The notes beneath the pieces were generated by a model, which was not told where the DNA came from, did no database searches, and worked only from the letters and a program-made list of their open reading frames with translations. From Vicinamibacterales bacterium (GTDB taxonomy: Bacteria; Acidobacteriota; Vicinamibacteria; Vicinamibacterales; JAMQPK01), in contig CAWBEG010000001.1 in NCBI GenBank assembly GCA_963787755.1, forward strand, positions 28,089-92,088: a stretch of DNA of 64,000 nucleotides. The letters are read 5' to 3'. This document shows, one piece after another, positions 20,884-31,407 of this stretch; position 1 is the first letter of the stretch; every line of letters begins with the position of its first letter. The position numbers and the translations under genes are program-made.

Positions 20884-21657
20884 TGCCCACCCCCCTGCAG
20901 CGAGACGAGATAGCTGACAAGATCTGTCATCTCCTGCGGACTCAGCTTTCCACGGTACGACGGCATCGGCGATTTGTCGATGAACGTAAATTCCTTGAGG
21001 TCGGCGCGCATCAGCGTGCGCAGCTGCTCTTTCGAATCGAGGAGCTGCACCGTGAAGGCGTCCTGATTCAACATGCGCCCTGTGATCGTCGCGCCGTCGC
21101 GCGTGACGAGCCGCACGAAGCGGTTGCTCGGCACGATGAGGGCGTCGGGATCGAGGATGGCGCTGCTCGATGTCGGTCGAGTGCCGCAGGCGGCCAATCT
21201 CGCTGAGATCCGGCCCAAGCCGCGAGCCGCTGCCGTTGACGCGGTGGCAGCTCGCGCAGTTGCCTTTGCCGGTGAAGATCGCCTGGCCGCTGGCGGTGTT
21301 TCCCGCGCTCGCGGCCGCCCGCCGGGCCTTCGCGCGCAGAAACTGGACGATCGCCGATGCCTGCGCTTCGGAAAAATTGTTGGGCGGCATCGCGGTGTTG
21401 GGGATGCCTCGCAGGACGATGCCCACGAGCTCGGGATCGGTGGTCGCGCGGCGGAACCGGCCGTGCCCGAGATCGACGTCCGGCACGACGTCCCCTTCGG
21501 GGCCGTGGCATTCGACGCAGTTTTCCGTGTAGAGCTGCTCGCCGTTCGGCGGCGGCCCGGGAGGACCGATATTTGGCGTGGTCGGGGCCTGCGCCCAGCT
21601 CACAGACGTCGAGATGCCGAAGACCAGAACAGCCAGCGCGACCGCAGCTCGCAACAT
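20880..21657 (-). CDS. Di-heme c-type cytochrome with putative heme-binding C-domain (frameshift near 21170)
   Basis: CVECHG, CASCHRV, GPDLSEIG, SPMPSY; overlaps the dehydrogenase start. Confidence 0.88.
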
Positions 21658-21745
21658 GACCCGCTCCTGAAAAGGGTAAGGGGCAAGGGGAAAGGGTAAG
21701 GATTGGGGTGATTCTACGCGATAATCCTCCCGGAGGACGCCTGCC

Positions 21746-23754
21746 ATGCCCGCCAGCAAATTCACCCCGGCGCTCGCGCTCTGTCTCCTCGTCGGCACCG
21801 CTGCCGCACACGCCAACATCGTCAAGCTCGAGATCACCAGAGTGGAGCCGGCGGGCCCGACGCACGAACGCATTACAGGCAAAGCCTACGGCGAGCTGGA
21901 CCCGGCGGATCCGAAAAACGCGGTCATCACCGACCTCGACCTCGCGCCGCGCAACGCGCGCGGCAAAGTCGAGTACGTCACCACGTTCACGCTCGTGAAG
22001 CCGAAGGACATGACGAAGGCGAGCGGTGTGCTGATATACACGGTCGTGAATCGCGGCGGCGGCAATGCAGCCGCGCATCCGGACGGTCACGTGACGTTCG
22101 TCAGCGGATGGCAGGGCGACGTGGTTCCCACCACGTCCAATTTCACGATTCAGGTGCCTGTCGCGAAGAATCCCGACGGATCGAGCATTACCGGCCCCCT
22201 GGTACTGCGATTTACGAATCTGAGCGGAAACACGACAGCGCTCACGATTCCACGCGGCCAGCCTTCGCCATATCCACCGGCATCATTGGATACGACGAAG
22301 GCAAGCCTCATCTCGGCGACGGGCGAGATTGCAAGCGGCGCGAAGAAAGGTACCGTGAAAATTCCCGGCACGGACTGGGCGTTTGCGGACTGTTCGACCA
22401 CGCCATTTCCCGGCACGCCGGATCCCGGCCGCATCTGCGTGAAAAACGGCTTCGATCCCGCGCTTCTCTACGAGCTGCAATACACCGTGAAGGATCCTCT
22501 GGTACTCGGCATCGGGCTCGCGGCCACGCGAGATCTGGGATCGTTCTTCAGGTACGAAAAGCAGGACGCGTCGGGCACGCCGAATCCGGTCGCGGGTTCG
22601 ATCACGCACGCGATCTCCGAAGGCAGTTCGCAATCGGGGACGTACCTCAGATTGTCGCTGCTGCTCGGGTTCAACCAGGACGAGCGCGGACGCATCGTGT
22701 GGGACGGGATGAACCCGCACATCGCCGCGCGATTCACCGATCTCAATCGCCGCTTCGCGTTTCCGGGCGGTCTCGTTTCACCCTACGAGCTTGGACACGA
22801 AGGACCGGCCTGGTGGACACCATGGGCTGACACGGCGCGCAAGCGTCCTGCCGCGAGCCTGCTGGATCGCTGCCGCGCCACGAACACGTGCCCGAAGATC
22901 GCGGAGACATTTGGATCGGCGGAAGTGTGGGGACTGCGTCAGTCGTTCACACTCGTCGGGACGACGGCGAAGAAGGACATTCCACTGCCGGAGAACGTGC
23001 GGCGCTACTATTTTCCGGGCACCTCGCATGGCGGCGGGCCCGGCGGATTCGCGACGTCAACCAATCCTGTGAAGGCCGCGGCGACGTGCGCCTTGCCGAC
23101 GAACCCCGCCCCGGAGGGCCCGATGCGCGCGGCGCTCATCTCGCGGCTCGTCGCGTGGGTGACGAAGAACACGCCGATGCCGGAGAGCAAGTATCCGACG
23201 CTTGCAGACGGCACGCTTGTGGCGAACACGAACGCAGCTATGGGCTTTCCCGCGATTCCAGGGAAGCCGATGCCCGAGGGCATTCAGTACCCGCTCGTCG
23301 ACTACGATCTCGGACCGCACTTCCGCTACGCCGATCAGTCGGGAGTGTTGACGAAGGTCCCGGTCGCGAAAGGCACGCTGCCTCAACTCGTCGTGCGCGT
23401 CGATGCCGACGGCAACGAGGTTGCCGGCATCAAGTCGCCGCTGCTGTCGGCGCCGCTCGGCACCTACACCGGATGGAACGTGACAACCTCAGGTCTCTAC
23501 GAGGGCCAGCTGTGCGGCTCGAGCTTTGGCGCCTCGCCGATCGGCGGGTTCATTCCGTTCGCGAAGACAAAAGCTGAACGCACGGCGAGCGGCGATCCGC
23601 GGTTATCGCTCGAAGAGCGCTACATCGACCACGCCGGCTACATCCGCGCGGTAAAAACTGCCGCCGACAAACTCGTGCGCGATGGGTATCTCCTCGCCGA
23701 TGACGCAGCGTGATGATCTCGCAGGCAGAGCAAAGCGAAGTGCTGACACGATGA
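21746..23754 (+). CDS. Secreted alpha/beta hydrolase domain protein
   Basis: Signal peptide; GELDP.DP.N, G.SQSG, GTSHG, DADGNE, DPRLSLEERY; last codons frameshifted. Confidence 0.8.
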
Positions 23755-23843
23755 CACGACGAGCCGTACTGGAACCGCGGACGAGACGCATCCAATTTCG
23801 CCGTTCAGACAGAGATACGTCGCCCCTCAGCGTATGATGCGCC

Positions 23844-24215
23844 ATGCACAAGAACTTCTTACTGGTCGCGGCGATTCTCGGCTTCCTCGGCGTGGCGTTC
23901 GGCGCGTTCGGCGCGCATGGGCTGCGGGAACGGCTGTCGCCCGAGATGCTGGCGGTGTTCGAGATCGGCGTGCGGTACCAGATGTACCACGTGTTCGCGC
24001 TGTTGGCGGTCGCTGCGGCGATCGCGCATTTCGGCCGCGCGCGATTGCTGCTCATTGCCGGCTGGTCGTTCATTGCCGGCGTGCTGATTTTCTCTGGAAG
24101 CCTCTACGCGCTGGCGCTGACCGGCACGGGCATGTTCGGCGCGATCACGCCGATCGGTGGAGTGGGACTTCTGCTCGGATGGGCGTGTCTGGCGTTCTTC
24201 GCCGCGTCTCTTTGA
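23844..24215 (+). CDS. DUF423 (YgdD/TMEM256) membrane protein
   Basis: GAFGAHGL, YQMYH, FSGSLY, ITPIGG. Confidence 0.92.
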   Translation: MHKNFLLVAAILGFLGVAFGAFGAHGLRERLSPEMLAVFEIGVRYQMYHVFALLAVAAAIAHFGRARLLLIAGWSFIAGVLIFSGSLYALALTGTGMFGAITPIGGVGLLLGWACLAFFAASL

Positions 24216-24226
24216 GTTTTCTGTGT

Positions 24227-24301
24227 CCTCACCGCAAAGACGCTGGGACGCAGAGACATTTTTCAAAAACTTCTTTGCGCCTCTGCGTCTCCGCGGTGAG
24301 A
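24227..24301. repeat. REP-like palindrome
   Basis: ctcaccgc..agacgc...gcgtctccgcggtgag. Confidence 0.7.
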
Positions 24302-24312
24302 CATGGAAGCTC

Positions 24313-25669
24313 TTACTGCGCCGGCGCTACGCCACGTCCACGCCGCACGAAGATCTTCGTGGGATCCGCTTTCGCATCGACGAGCACGCCCATGAAGGCG
24401 ACGTGCATCTCGTCGTTACTCTGCAGCCCGAACCTCACGCGCGCCGACGGATCGGGATTGAACTTGTTCGCCGCTGAGTTGTCATACCGTCCGAGTGTCT
24501 CGAGCCGCGTGCCCTTCGGCAGATCGAGCGGCTCGGCGAGCTCGTAACCCACCTGCCAGTCGAACCGGTAGTTCGGTACACGTAACACCTTCTTACGCTC
24601 GCCGTTCGGGTACACCACGTCCATCTCGAAATAGCGGCCGCGGTAGTGCTGGTGCGGCTGCACCCAGACGAGCTTCGCGTCGGATGCGAGCGTGGCTTCG
24701 CCACGAATTTCGTGATTCGGATCGCCCGGCGCGATGTCAATGTTTCCGTTGTTCGTGCCTGTGACGGTGAGATGCCGAACTGGCGGCGGGCCGTCTGCCA
24801 GCACGATGCCGACCGCCGATCGGTCGGTCTCGGGCTTGCCTGTCGTCGTGTAGTGAATCTCGAACACGATATCCGAACCGGCTGCGATGAATTTCGCCGC
24901 GTCACCGACCGTGAAGTTCTGCCCGGCGACACCGGGGTTGTACTTCGCCAGAATGTCCTGCACCGGAAGCGGACCGCTCGCGGAGGGCTGCGGCGACTGT
25001 CCTGTCGCCACCTTCGCCGCGCTGCGGGACGTACAACTCCCCTTCCGGCACTTTCGCCAGCCAGCTCGAATTCGGGGGCCTGATGATCGCCTTCATGTGA
25101 TGCACGACGCGGGCGTTGCCAGGCTTCACTTCCGCCGCCTTGACCCACATGTCGCGCTCGAAGCGCGCCCTCACGACAAGGTTGGACTGATCGATGACGC
25201 CGGTCGCTGGAATTTGAATCTCTTTCGGGAACTGGACGATGATGTCGGGCTTCCCGATCGTCCACCCTTCGGCGAACTGCACGGGCGCCGGCTTGTCTTC
25301 CGGATCGCCCTCGGGCGCCCCATTGTTCGCCCACGCGCTGATCAGTTCGATCTCGGCGTCGCTCAGCAGCTTGGTGTTTTTGAAATGCCCCACGGTCGGG
25401 TCGGCAAACCATGGCGGCATCGTCCGGCCGACCACGGCTTTTTCGATGGCGCGCGCGTAGGGACGCGTATCCTTATATGTCAAGAACGACATCGGCGCGA
25501 TCGAGTTCGGCCGGTGGCATTCCTGACACTGCTTCTGCAGCACAGGCAGCACGTCTTTGTTGAACGTCGGCGTCGCGGGAGGCGCGGCCTCTACCGGGAC
25601 AGACGAGGGCCAGGTTGCGGCGACCGCGACAACCACGGCGAAGAGCGCTGAGAGGGACACACGCTTCAT
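24313..25669 (-). CDS. Cytochrome c fused to a copper type II (PHM/DBH-like) monooxygenase fold (frameshift near 25010)
   Basis: CQECH..MPPW; VVHH, EIHY, PHQHYRG, FDWQ, EMH. Confidence 0.75.
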
Positions 25670-25735
25670 GAAGTCTCCTTAAGTGCAGCTCTTATTATAC
25701 GGCTCATATCGTCTTACGGCTCATATGGAGGAACT

Positions 25736-27052
25736 GTGTTTCAAACACGCGCACTCGCGGCTCTGTCGCTGATTGTCGCACTCGCGTCCCCACTGTGGGC
25801 GCAGAGCGCCCGAATGCCCGACGGGCAGAAGTGGGTCGCGACCTGGGCGGCGTCGGTACACGGGCCGTACCCCACAGGAAATCCCTCGGCGCAGCCAGAC
25901 CTGAAATTCGCGTTCCCCGAGCCCGTGAAGGGCGCTGTCGACCAGTCGTTCCGCTTGATCGTGAAGCCGGACTTGTGGGGCGATCGCTTCCGCATTCGTC
26001 TCGCCAACACATTCGGCACGCAGCCCGTGACGTTCGACGCGATATACGTCGGTGTGTCGTCGTCTGCCGGTGCCGTCGTGACGGGCACGAACCGTCCCGT
26101 GTCGTTCGGCGGGCAGCGCAGCGTCACCATCGCAGCCGGTTCGTCGATGTACAGCGACGAAGTGGAGTTGAAGCTGCCGGCCGGCACGCTCACCGAAGGG
26201 CGCAAGCTGGCGGTCTCGTTTCACATCGCCGGGCCGGCGGCCTCGATGACGTGGCATGCCAAAGCCCTGCAGACGTCGTATCTCAGCCGTCCGCAGTCGG
26301 GCGTGCACACACAAGACGAAAGTGACGCCGCATTCCCCTTTACGACGACGTCGTGGTACTTCCTCGATGCGGTGGATGTGATGGCGCCGTCGAACACAGT
26401 CGTCGTCTGCGCGTTCGGCGATTCGATTACCGACGGGACGCTGTCGACGCTGAACGGCGACGACCGTTGGCCCGACGTGCTGTCGCGCCGGCTTCACGCG
26501 GCGTACGGAAGCCGTGTGTCGGTGGTGAATGCGGGGATTGGCGGCAATCGGATTCTGACGCCCGAAAGCTATCCGCCGCCTCAGCCGTTCGCCGGAGGGC
26601 CGTCGGCGCTGCAGCGCCTGGATCGAGATCTCTTCGGGTTGTCAGGACTGTCGGCGGTCGTGCTGCTGGAAGGCATCAACGACATCAGCGCAGGCGCATC
26701 GGCCGACGCGATCATCGCTGGAATGAAGGAGCTCGTGTCGCGCGTGAAGATGAAAGGCATCAAGATTATTGGCGCGACCATTACACCGTCGCTCACGGCC
26801 AATGGCAATTCAGGGACACCTGACGCGAACGTGCGCCGCCAGGCCGTCAACACCTTCATTCGCACAGGTGGACTCTTTGATGCCGTGGCCGACTTCGATG
26901 CGGCGACCGTCGATCCGGCAACGGGAGCGCTCCGGGAAGAGTTCGTCCCGAACAGCACGATCGGCGGCGCCGGCGATCGGCTGCATCCGAACCGTGCGGG
27001 GTATCAAGCGATGGGCAACGCGGTGGATTTGAAAATTTTTGCGCCACGCTGA
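25736..27052 (+). CDS. Secreted SGNH/GDSL hydrolase
   Basis: FGDSITDG, NAGIGGN, EGIND, DRLHPN. Confidence 0.92.
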   Translation: MFQTRALAALSLIVALASPLWAQSARMPDGQKWVATWAASVHGPYPTGNPSAQPDLKFAFPEPVKGAVDQSFRLIVKPDLWGDRFRIRLANTFGTQPVTFDAIYVGVSSSAGAVVTGTNRPVSFGGQRSVTIAAGSSMYSDEVELKLPAGTLTEGRKLAVSFHIAGPAASMTWHAKALQTSYLSRPQSGVHTQDESDAAFPFTTTSWYFLDAVDVMAPSNTVVVCAFGDSITDGTLSTLNGDDRWPDVLSRRLHAAYGSRVSVVNAGIGGNRILTPESYPPPQPFAGGPSALQRLDRDLFGLSGLSAVVLLEGINDISAGASADAIIAGMKELVSRVKMKGIKIIGATITPSLTANGNSGTPDANVRRQAVNTFIRTGGLFDAVADFDAATVDPATGALREEFVPNSTIGGAGDRLHPNRAGYQAMGNAVDLKIFAPR

Positions 27053-27058
27053 TCTTCG

Positions 27059-27127
27059 TGTCTCGACGCAGAGGCGCAAAGACGCGGAGAAGATTTCTCT
27101 GCGCCTCCGCGCCTCTGCGTCGAGACA
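27059..27127. repeat. REP-like palindrome
   Basis: tgtctcgacgcagaggcgc ... gcgcctctgcgtcgagaca. Confidence 0.8.
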
Positions 27128-27168
27128 TGGAAAGTTGGGAGATTGAGGCGCCCTTATAGCGCTGTAAG

Positions 27169-28530
27169 ATGGCACTCATGCGTATCGTGCGGTGGTTCTT
27201 CGGCATGCTCGTTCTGGCTGCTCTCGCGTTCGGCGCAGCGTATTACTACGCAGGCACCGTCGACGGCCCGGCCATCACTATCAACCAACCGTCGGTTATA
27301 GGACAGGGAGGCACACTCGACGTCATCGTCGAATCACCCGGCGCCGAGCTCACGGCGCTCAATATTCAGGTTGAACAGAAAGGGCGAACCATTCCCGTAC
27401 TCGACATCGCTTCGGCTTCAGCGGACGCGCTGGTCAAGGACGGCGATCGCGTCCGCATTACACGGCCGATCGGCAAGAAGACGCTGCCCGATCTGGAAAG
27501 CGGGCCCGCAACGCTCAGAGTCAGTGCGTCGCGGCTCGTCTTCCGAAAGCTGCGTCAGGTGTCGTCTGAGGCATCGAAAGAGATTCAGGTGCGGCTGACG
27601 CCGCCCCGGGTGGCCGTCATCTCGACGCATCACTACGTGAATCAAGGTGGCGCGGAAATGATCGTCTACCGCGTATCCCCGCCGGACGCCGAGTCCGGCG
27701 TGCGGGTCGGCGATGTCACCTATCCCGGCTTCCCGGCCTCTGGGGCGCGAATGAGCGACCCGGAACTCAAAGTCGCGTTCTTCGCACTGCTCTACAACCA
27801 GACGCCGGACACGCCGATGGAAGTGTTCGCGCGCGATATCGCCGGAAACGAGGCGCGCGCGCAGTTCGAGCATCGCGTGTTTCCGAAGAAATTCCGGAAC
27901 AGCAGAATTCCGCTGGACGACAAGTTTCTCTCGCGCGTGGTGCCGGCAATCCTTCAGTCCTCTCCGCAGCTGCAGGCATCGGGGAATGATCTGCTCCCGG
28001 CATTCCTCAAGATCAACAACGATCTTCGCCGCATGAACAACGACACGATCGCGGCGCTCGCGAAGAAAACGGCGCCGGCGATTCTCTGGGAAGGCGCGTT
28101 CCAGCCGCTCGGCGGATCGCAGGTCGAATCGTCCTTTGCCGACTTCCGCACGTACCTGTACGACGGTAAAGACGTCGACCGCCAGGTGCATCTGGGCTTC
28201 GACCTCGCGAAGACGGCCAACGCACCGGTGACGGCGGCCAACAACGGCAAGGTGGTGTTCGCCGGTGAGCTGGGTATCTATGGCAACACGGTGATCGTCG
28301 ATCACGGTATGGGCGTGCAATCGCTCTATGCGCACCTGTCGTCGTTGGCGGTCAGGGAAAGCGACGATGTGAAGAAGGGGCAACAGCTGGGCGCAAGCGG
28401 CCAGACCGGCCTTGCGGGAGGCGATCACCTGCATTTCAGCATGTTGGTGAACGGGCAGTTCGTGAACGCGACCGAGTGGTGGGACCCGCACTGGATCGAG
28501 GATCGGATTCTGCGTAAGTTGCGGCCATGA
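27169..28530 (+). CDS. M23 family metallopeptidase
   Basis: N-terminal TM helix; HLGFD, YGN.VIVDHG, YAHL, HLHF. Confidence 0.93.
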   Translation: MALMRIVRWFFGMLVLAALAFGAAYYYAGTVDGPAITINQPSVIGQGGTLDVIVESPGAELTALNIQVEQKGRTIPVLDIASASADALVKDGDRVRITRPIGKKTLPDLESGPATLRVSASRLVFRKLRQVSSEASKEIQVRLTPPRVAVISTHHYVNQGGAEMIVYRVSPPDAESGVRVGDVTYPGFPASGARMSDPELKVAFFALLYNQTPDTPMEVFARDIAGNEARAQFEHRVFPKKFRNSRIPLDDKFLSRVVPAILQSSPQLQASGNDLLPAFLKINNDLRRMNNDTIAALAKKTAPAILWEGAFQPLGGSQVESSFADFRTYLYDGKDVDRQVHLGFDLAKTANAPVTAANNGKVVFAGELGIYGNTVIVDHGMGVQSLYAHLSSLAVRESDDVKKGQQLGASGQTGLAGGDHLHFSMLVNGQFVNATEWWDPHWIEDRILRKLRP

Positions 28531-28991
28531 CGTCGAATCCCACGGACGCCGAAAAACTTTCCTGCCTGTTGAAGCTCGCGTTCGATAACGATCGAGCACG
28601 CTACGATCTCTTCTGCGACATCGTTCGCAGCACCGTACCCGAGGCGCATGCGGCCGTTCTACGTGGCAGCGCCGTCACCGGCACGCGCTACGTCGACGGG
28701 GCGCCGTTCGACGCTGACGGGCCAGGCACGAGCGACCTCGATTTGACGCTCGTGGGCGCCGACGTGCTTCGCTATTACAGCGCATTCTGGATTCCAGGAA
28801 TCCACTCGAAGCCACTCAGCGACAAGGATCCAGACATCGCGCCAGAGCTCACTCCGTTGAGGCGGCAATTGATGGACATGGTACGGAGGCCCGTGAACAT
28901 CCAGGGTACCCGCGACTGGCTGCAGCACTTCCGCGGCGACATCATGAATCAGCCCTACCTCACACTGTTCGGCGACATCCAGGAACCGTGA
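28527..28991 (+). CDS. Hypothetical protein with a pol-beta nucleotidyltransferase-like motif
   Basis: LRGSAVTG ... SDLDL; ATGA and GTGA overlaps with both neighbours. Confidence 0.6.
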   Translation: MTSNPTDAEKLSCLLKLAFDNDRARYDLFCDIVRSTVPEAHAAVLRGSAVTGTRYVDGAPFDADGPGTSDLDLTLVGADVLRYYSAFWIPGIHSKPLSDKDPDIAPELTPLRRQLMDMVRRPVNIQGTRDWLQHFRGDIMNQPYLTLFGDIQEP

Positions 28992-29734
28992 AGACGCTGC
29001 GGCTTCTCAGCTACAACATTCTCAAAGGGGGCGTGGGGCGCGAAGCGCCGCTGGCCGCCGTCATCTCCTCGTGCGAGGCGGATGTCGTCATCCTGCAGGA
29101 GGCCTATCGCCCTTCCGTGATTCAACAGCTCGCCGAGACGTGCGGCTTCGAGCATTGGGCATCGTCGCAAGGGCACTCTGTCGCGTTCATGAGCCGGCTC
29201 GCCATTGCGGAACATGTCTGGCGGCGGGTTCGCTGGGCCAAACGCGCCTACCTCGAAATCGTGACGTCGAACGACGTTCGCATCTACGGAGTGCATCTGA
29301 GCGCGGTTCACAGCAACCTCACCGAGCAGCGGCGCGCGTACGAACTGCGCGCGCTCTTGCGCAGCGTCGAGCGCCACCAGCACGGGCTGCACATCGTCAC
29401 CGGCGACTTCAACACGCTCGCGCCCGGTGAGCGGCTCGACATGGACAAGCTGCCGCCGCGCCTGCGCGCGCTCGCATGGGTGACCGGCAAGTCGATTCGG
29501 TGGATCACGATACGCATGATGCTGGAGGCGGGCTACGTCGACGCCTACCGGAAATTCCACGGGGACGAAGGGCACACGTTCACGGCGTGGGATCCGCACG
29601 TGCGGCTCGACTACGGTTTCGTGCCGGAGGCATTCAAGGGCAACCTGCAGCGATGCGAAGTGGTGTCCGGTCATCCGGCGCTGAAAGAAGCGTCGGATCA
29701 CCTTCCGCTGTTGACGGAACTGGCGCTGAAATGA
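28988..29734 (+). CDS. Endonuclease/exonuclease/phosphatase family protein
   Basis: SYNI, LQE, GVHL, GDFN, RLDY, SDHLP. Confidence 0.92.
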   Translation: MKTLRLLSYNILKGGVGREAPLAAVISSCEADVVILQEAYRPSVIQQLAETCGFEHWASSQGHSVAFMSRLAIAEHVWRRVRWAKRAYLEIVTSNDVRIYGVHLSAVHSNLTEQRRAYELRALLRSVERHQHGLHIVTGDFNTLAPGERLDMDKLPPRLRALAWVTGKSIRWITIRMMLEAGYVDAYRKFHGDEGHTFTAWDPHVRLDYGFVPEAFKGNLQRCEVVSGHPALKEASDHLPLLTELALK

Positions 29735-29957
29735 CCATGAGAACACGGTGCACGCGGCTGCACACGGCTGCACAGATATTGCGGTTCCCAAGTCGCAGGT
29801 TTATATTCTTGGCATCTTCGTGCCATTGTTCGCTTGCGCCGGCTGCAGCGTTTAAACCTATAACACCGCCCTACGGGCTTAACTGATTCGGACGACTGTC
29901 GACGGATGTAACGAGTTGCGGCTTCGACGCCGCGCTCCAATTCGAGTGAGGTATTCG

Positions 29958-31406
29958 ATGAAAAGGTCACTCTCTCCCTGGCTCGCGCTTGCCGTGCTGA
30001 TGACTCCACTGCCAGCTGCGCGCCCAGACGAATGACGAAGGTCTCGCGCACCTCGTGCCGGATCTGATTCTCAGCGGGATCACCCTGCCGGGCGCCGGGG
30101 ATCCGGGATCTCCACATGCCGGACATTTCACCCTCGGCAATCCGACGTTTGGCGGTTCGCAGGCGAGCCTCGCAGCCCGACGTTCCGGCCATCAGAGCTG
30201 TCGAAGCCTTCGGAGACAGGCTGACGGACGCAGTTCGCGAATTTTCCGCTGGGATCATCGACCGGCGGCTTCACTTACAGCTTCAACGAACAGTCGGGGA
30301 TTTACACGCGCAACACCGAGAGCTTTGGTCCGGCATTCACCGAACGCGCGGCGACGATCGGCCGAAAGAAATTCAGTCTCGGCGTCAACTATCAGCACAC
30401 GAGCTTCGATACCTTCGGCGGCCAGGATCTGCAGGACGGCTCGATCTCCTTCTATCTTCCGCACACCGACTGCTGCAACCCGGCATGTCGCCACCTCCGA
30501 GCCCCCAGACCCCGGGGTTCGAGAGCGACCTGATGCAGGCGACGCTCACCCTGAAGGCCACAACCGATACCGTCGGCGTGTTCGCCAACTACGGCGTGAC
30601 CGATCGCTTTGACGTGGGCGTCGCAATCCCGATTACCCACGTTGCTCTGGATGCGGACGTCAACGCGACGATTCTGCGCCTCTCGAGCGCAGACAACCTG
30701 CTCGTCCACACCTTCACTCAAGGGCAGAACGATACCGAAAACAGCTTCACCGATGCGGGGTCGGCCACGGGCATCGGTGACGTTGTCCTCAGAACGAAAT
30801 ACAACTTCCTCCGCGCGGCTAGCACCTGGATGTCGCTCGGCGTCGATGTGCGCCTGCCAACCGGCGACGCGGACAACCTGCTCGGATTGGGAACAACCCA
30901 GGGCAAGTTCTTTTTGATTGCATCCTCCAACAACCCACGGATCTCGCCCCACGTGAACCTTGGCTTTACGGTCTCGGGCGAAGGGAACCGTGAAACGGTG
31001 TTCCAGTTCGAGCCGCTTGGCGTGAGCGACGAATTCAACTATTCGGGTGGAGTGGAGATCGTGGCGCACCCGAAGCTGACTCTGCTGGCCGACTTCCTTG
31101 GCCGCACGCTCTTCGATGCGGGAGTAGTCGAGCTCGAGACCAAGACCTTCCCTTTCCGCGCTGGAGCCGCTTCCACTCCTAGCAACGACGCCATTGCAGA
31201 CGAGCTCGACCAACCCGGTCACCGGTCAGCCGTACGAGCAACTGGGATTGCGCGACGGAAACCTCTCGCTGCTGCTGGGCGCGGCGGGCTTCAAATTCAA
31301 TGCGGGGACGAACCTGCTCCTGAATGCGAATTTCCTGTTCCCGATTAACGATGCGGGGCTGCGGGACCGGCTGACGTTCGCGATCGGGATCGACTACGCG
31401 TTCTGA
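29958..31406 (+). CDS. Outer-membrane transporter-like beta-barrel (MetA-pathway/SphA-like), several frameshifts
   Basis: Signal peptide; YGVTDRFDVGVAIP, GIGDVVLRTKY, RLPTGDADNLLG, C-terminal GIDYAF. Confidence 0.75.
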
Positions 31407-31407
31407 A

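Noticed and set aside
19762-21882. Apparent cytochrome-dehydrogenase fusion (706 aa)
   Set aside because: Frameshift near 21170; the dehydrogenase has its own start and signal peptide at 20883
25698-25726. Direct repeat tacggctcatat x2 in a divergent spacer
   Set aside because: Only two copies and no adjacent regulator; could be a small duplication, too little evidence to call an operator
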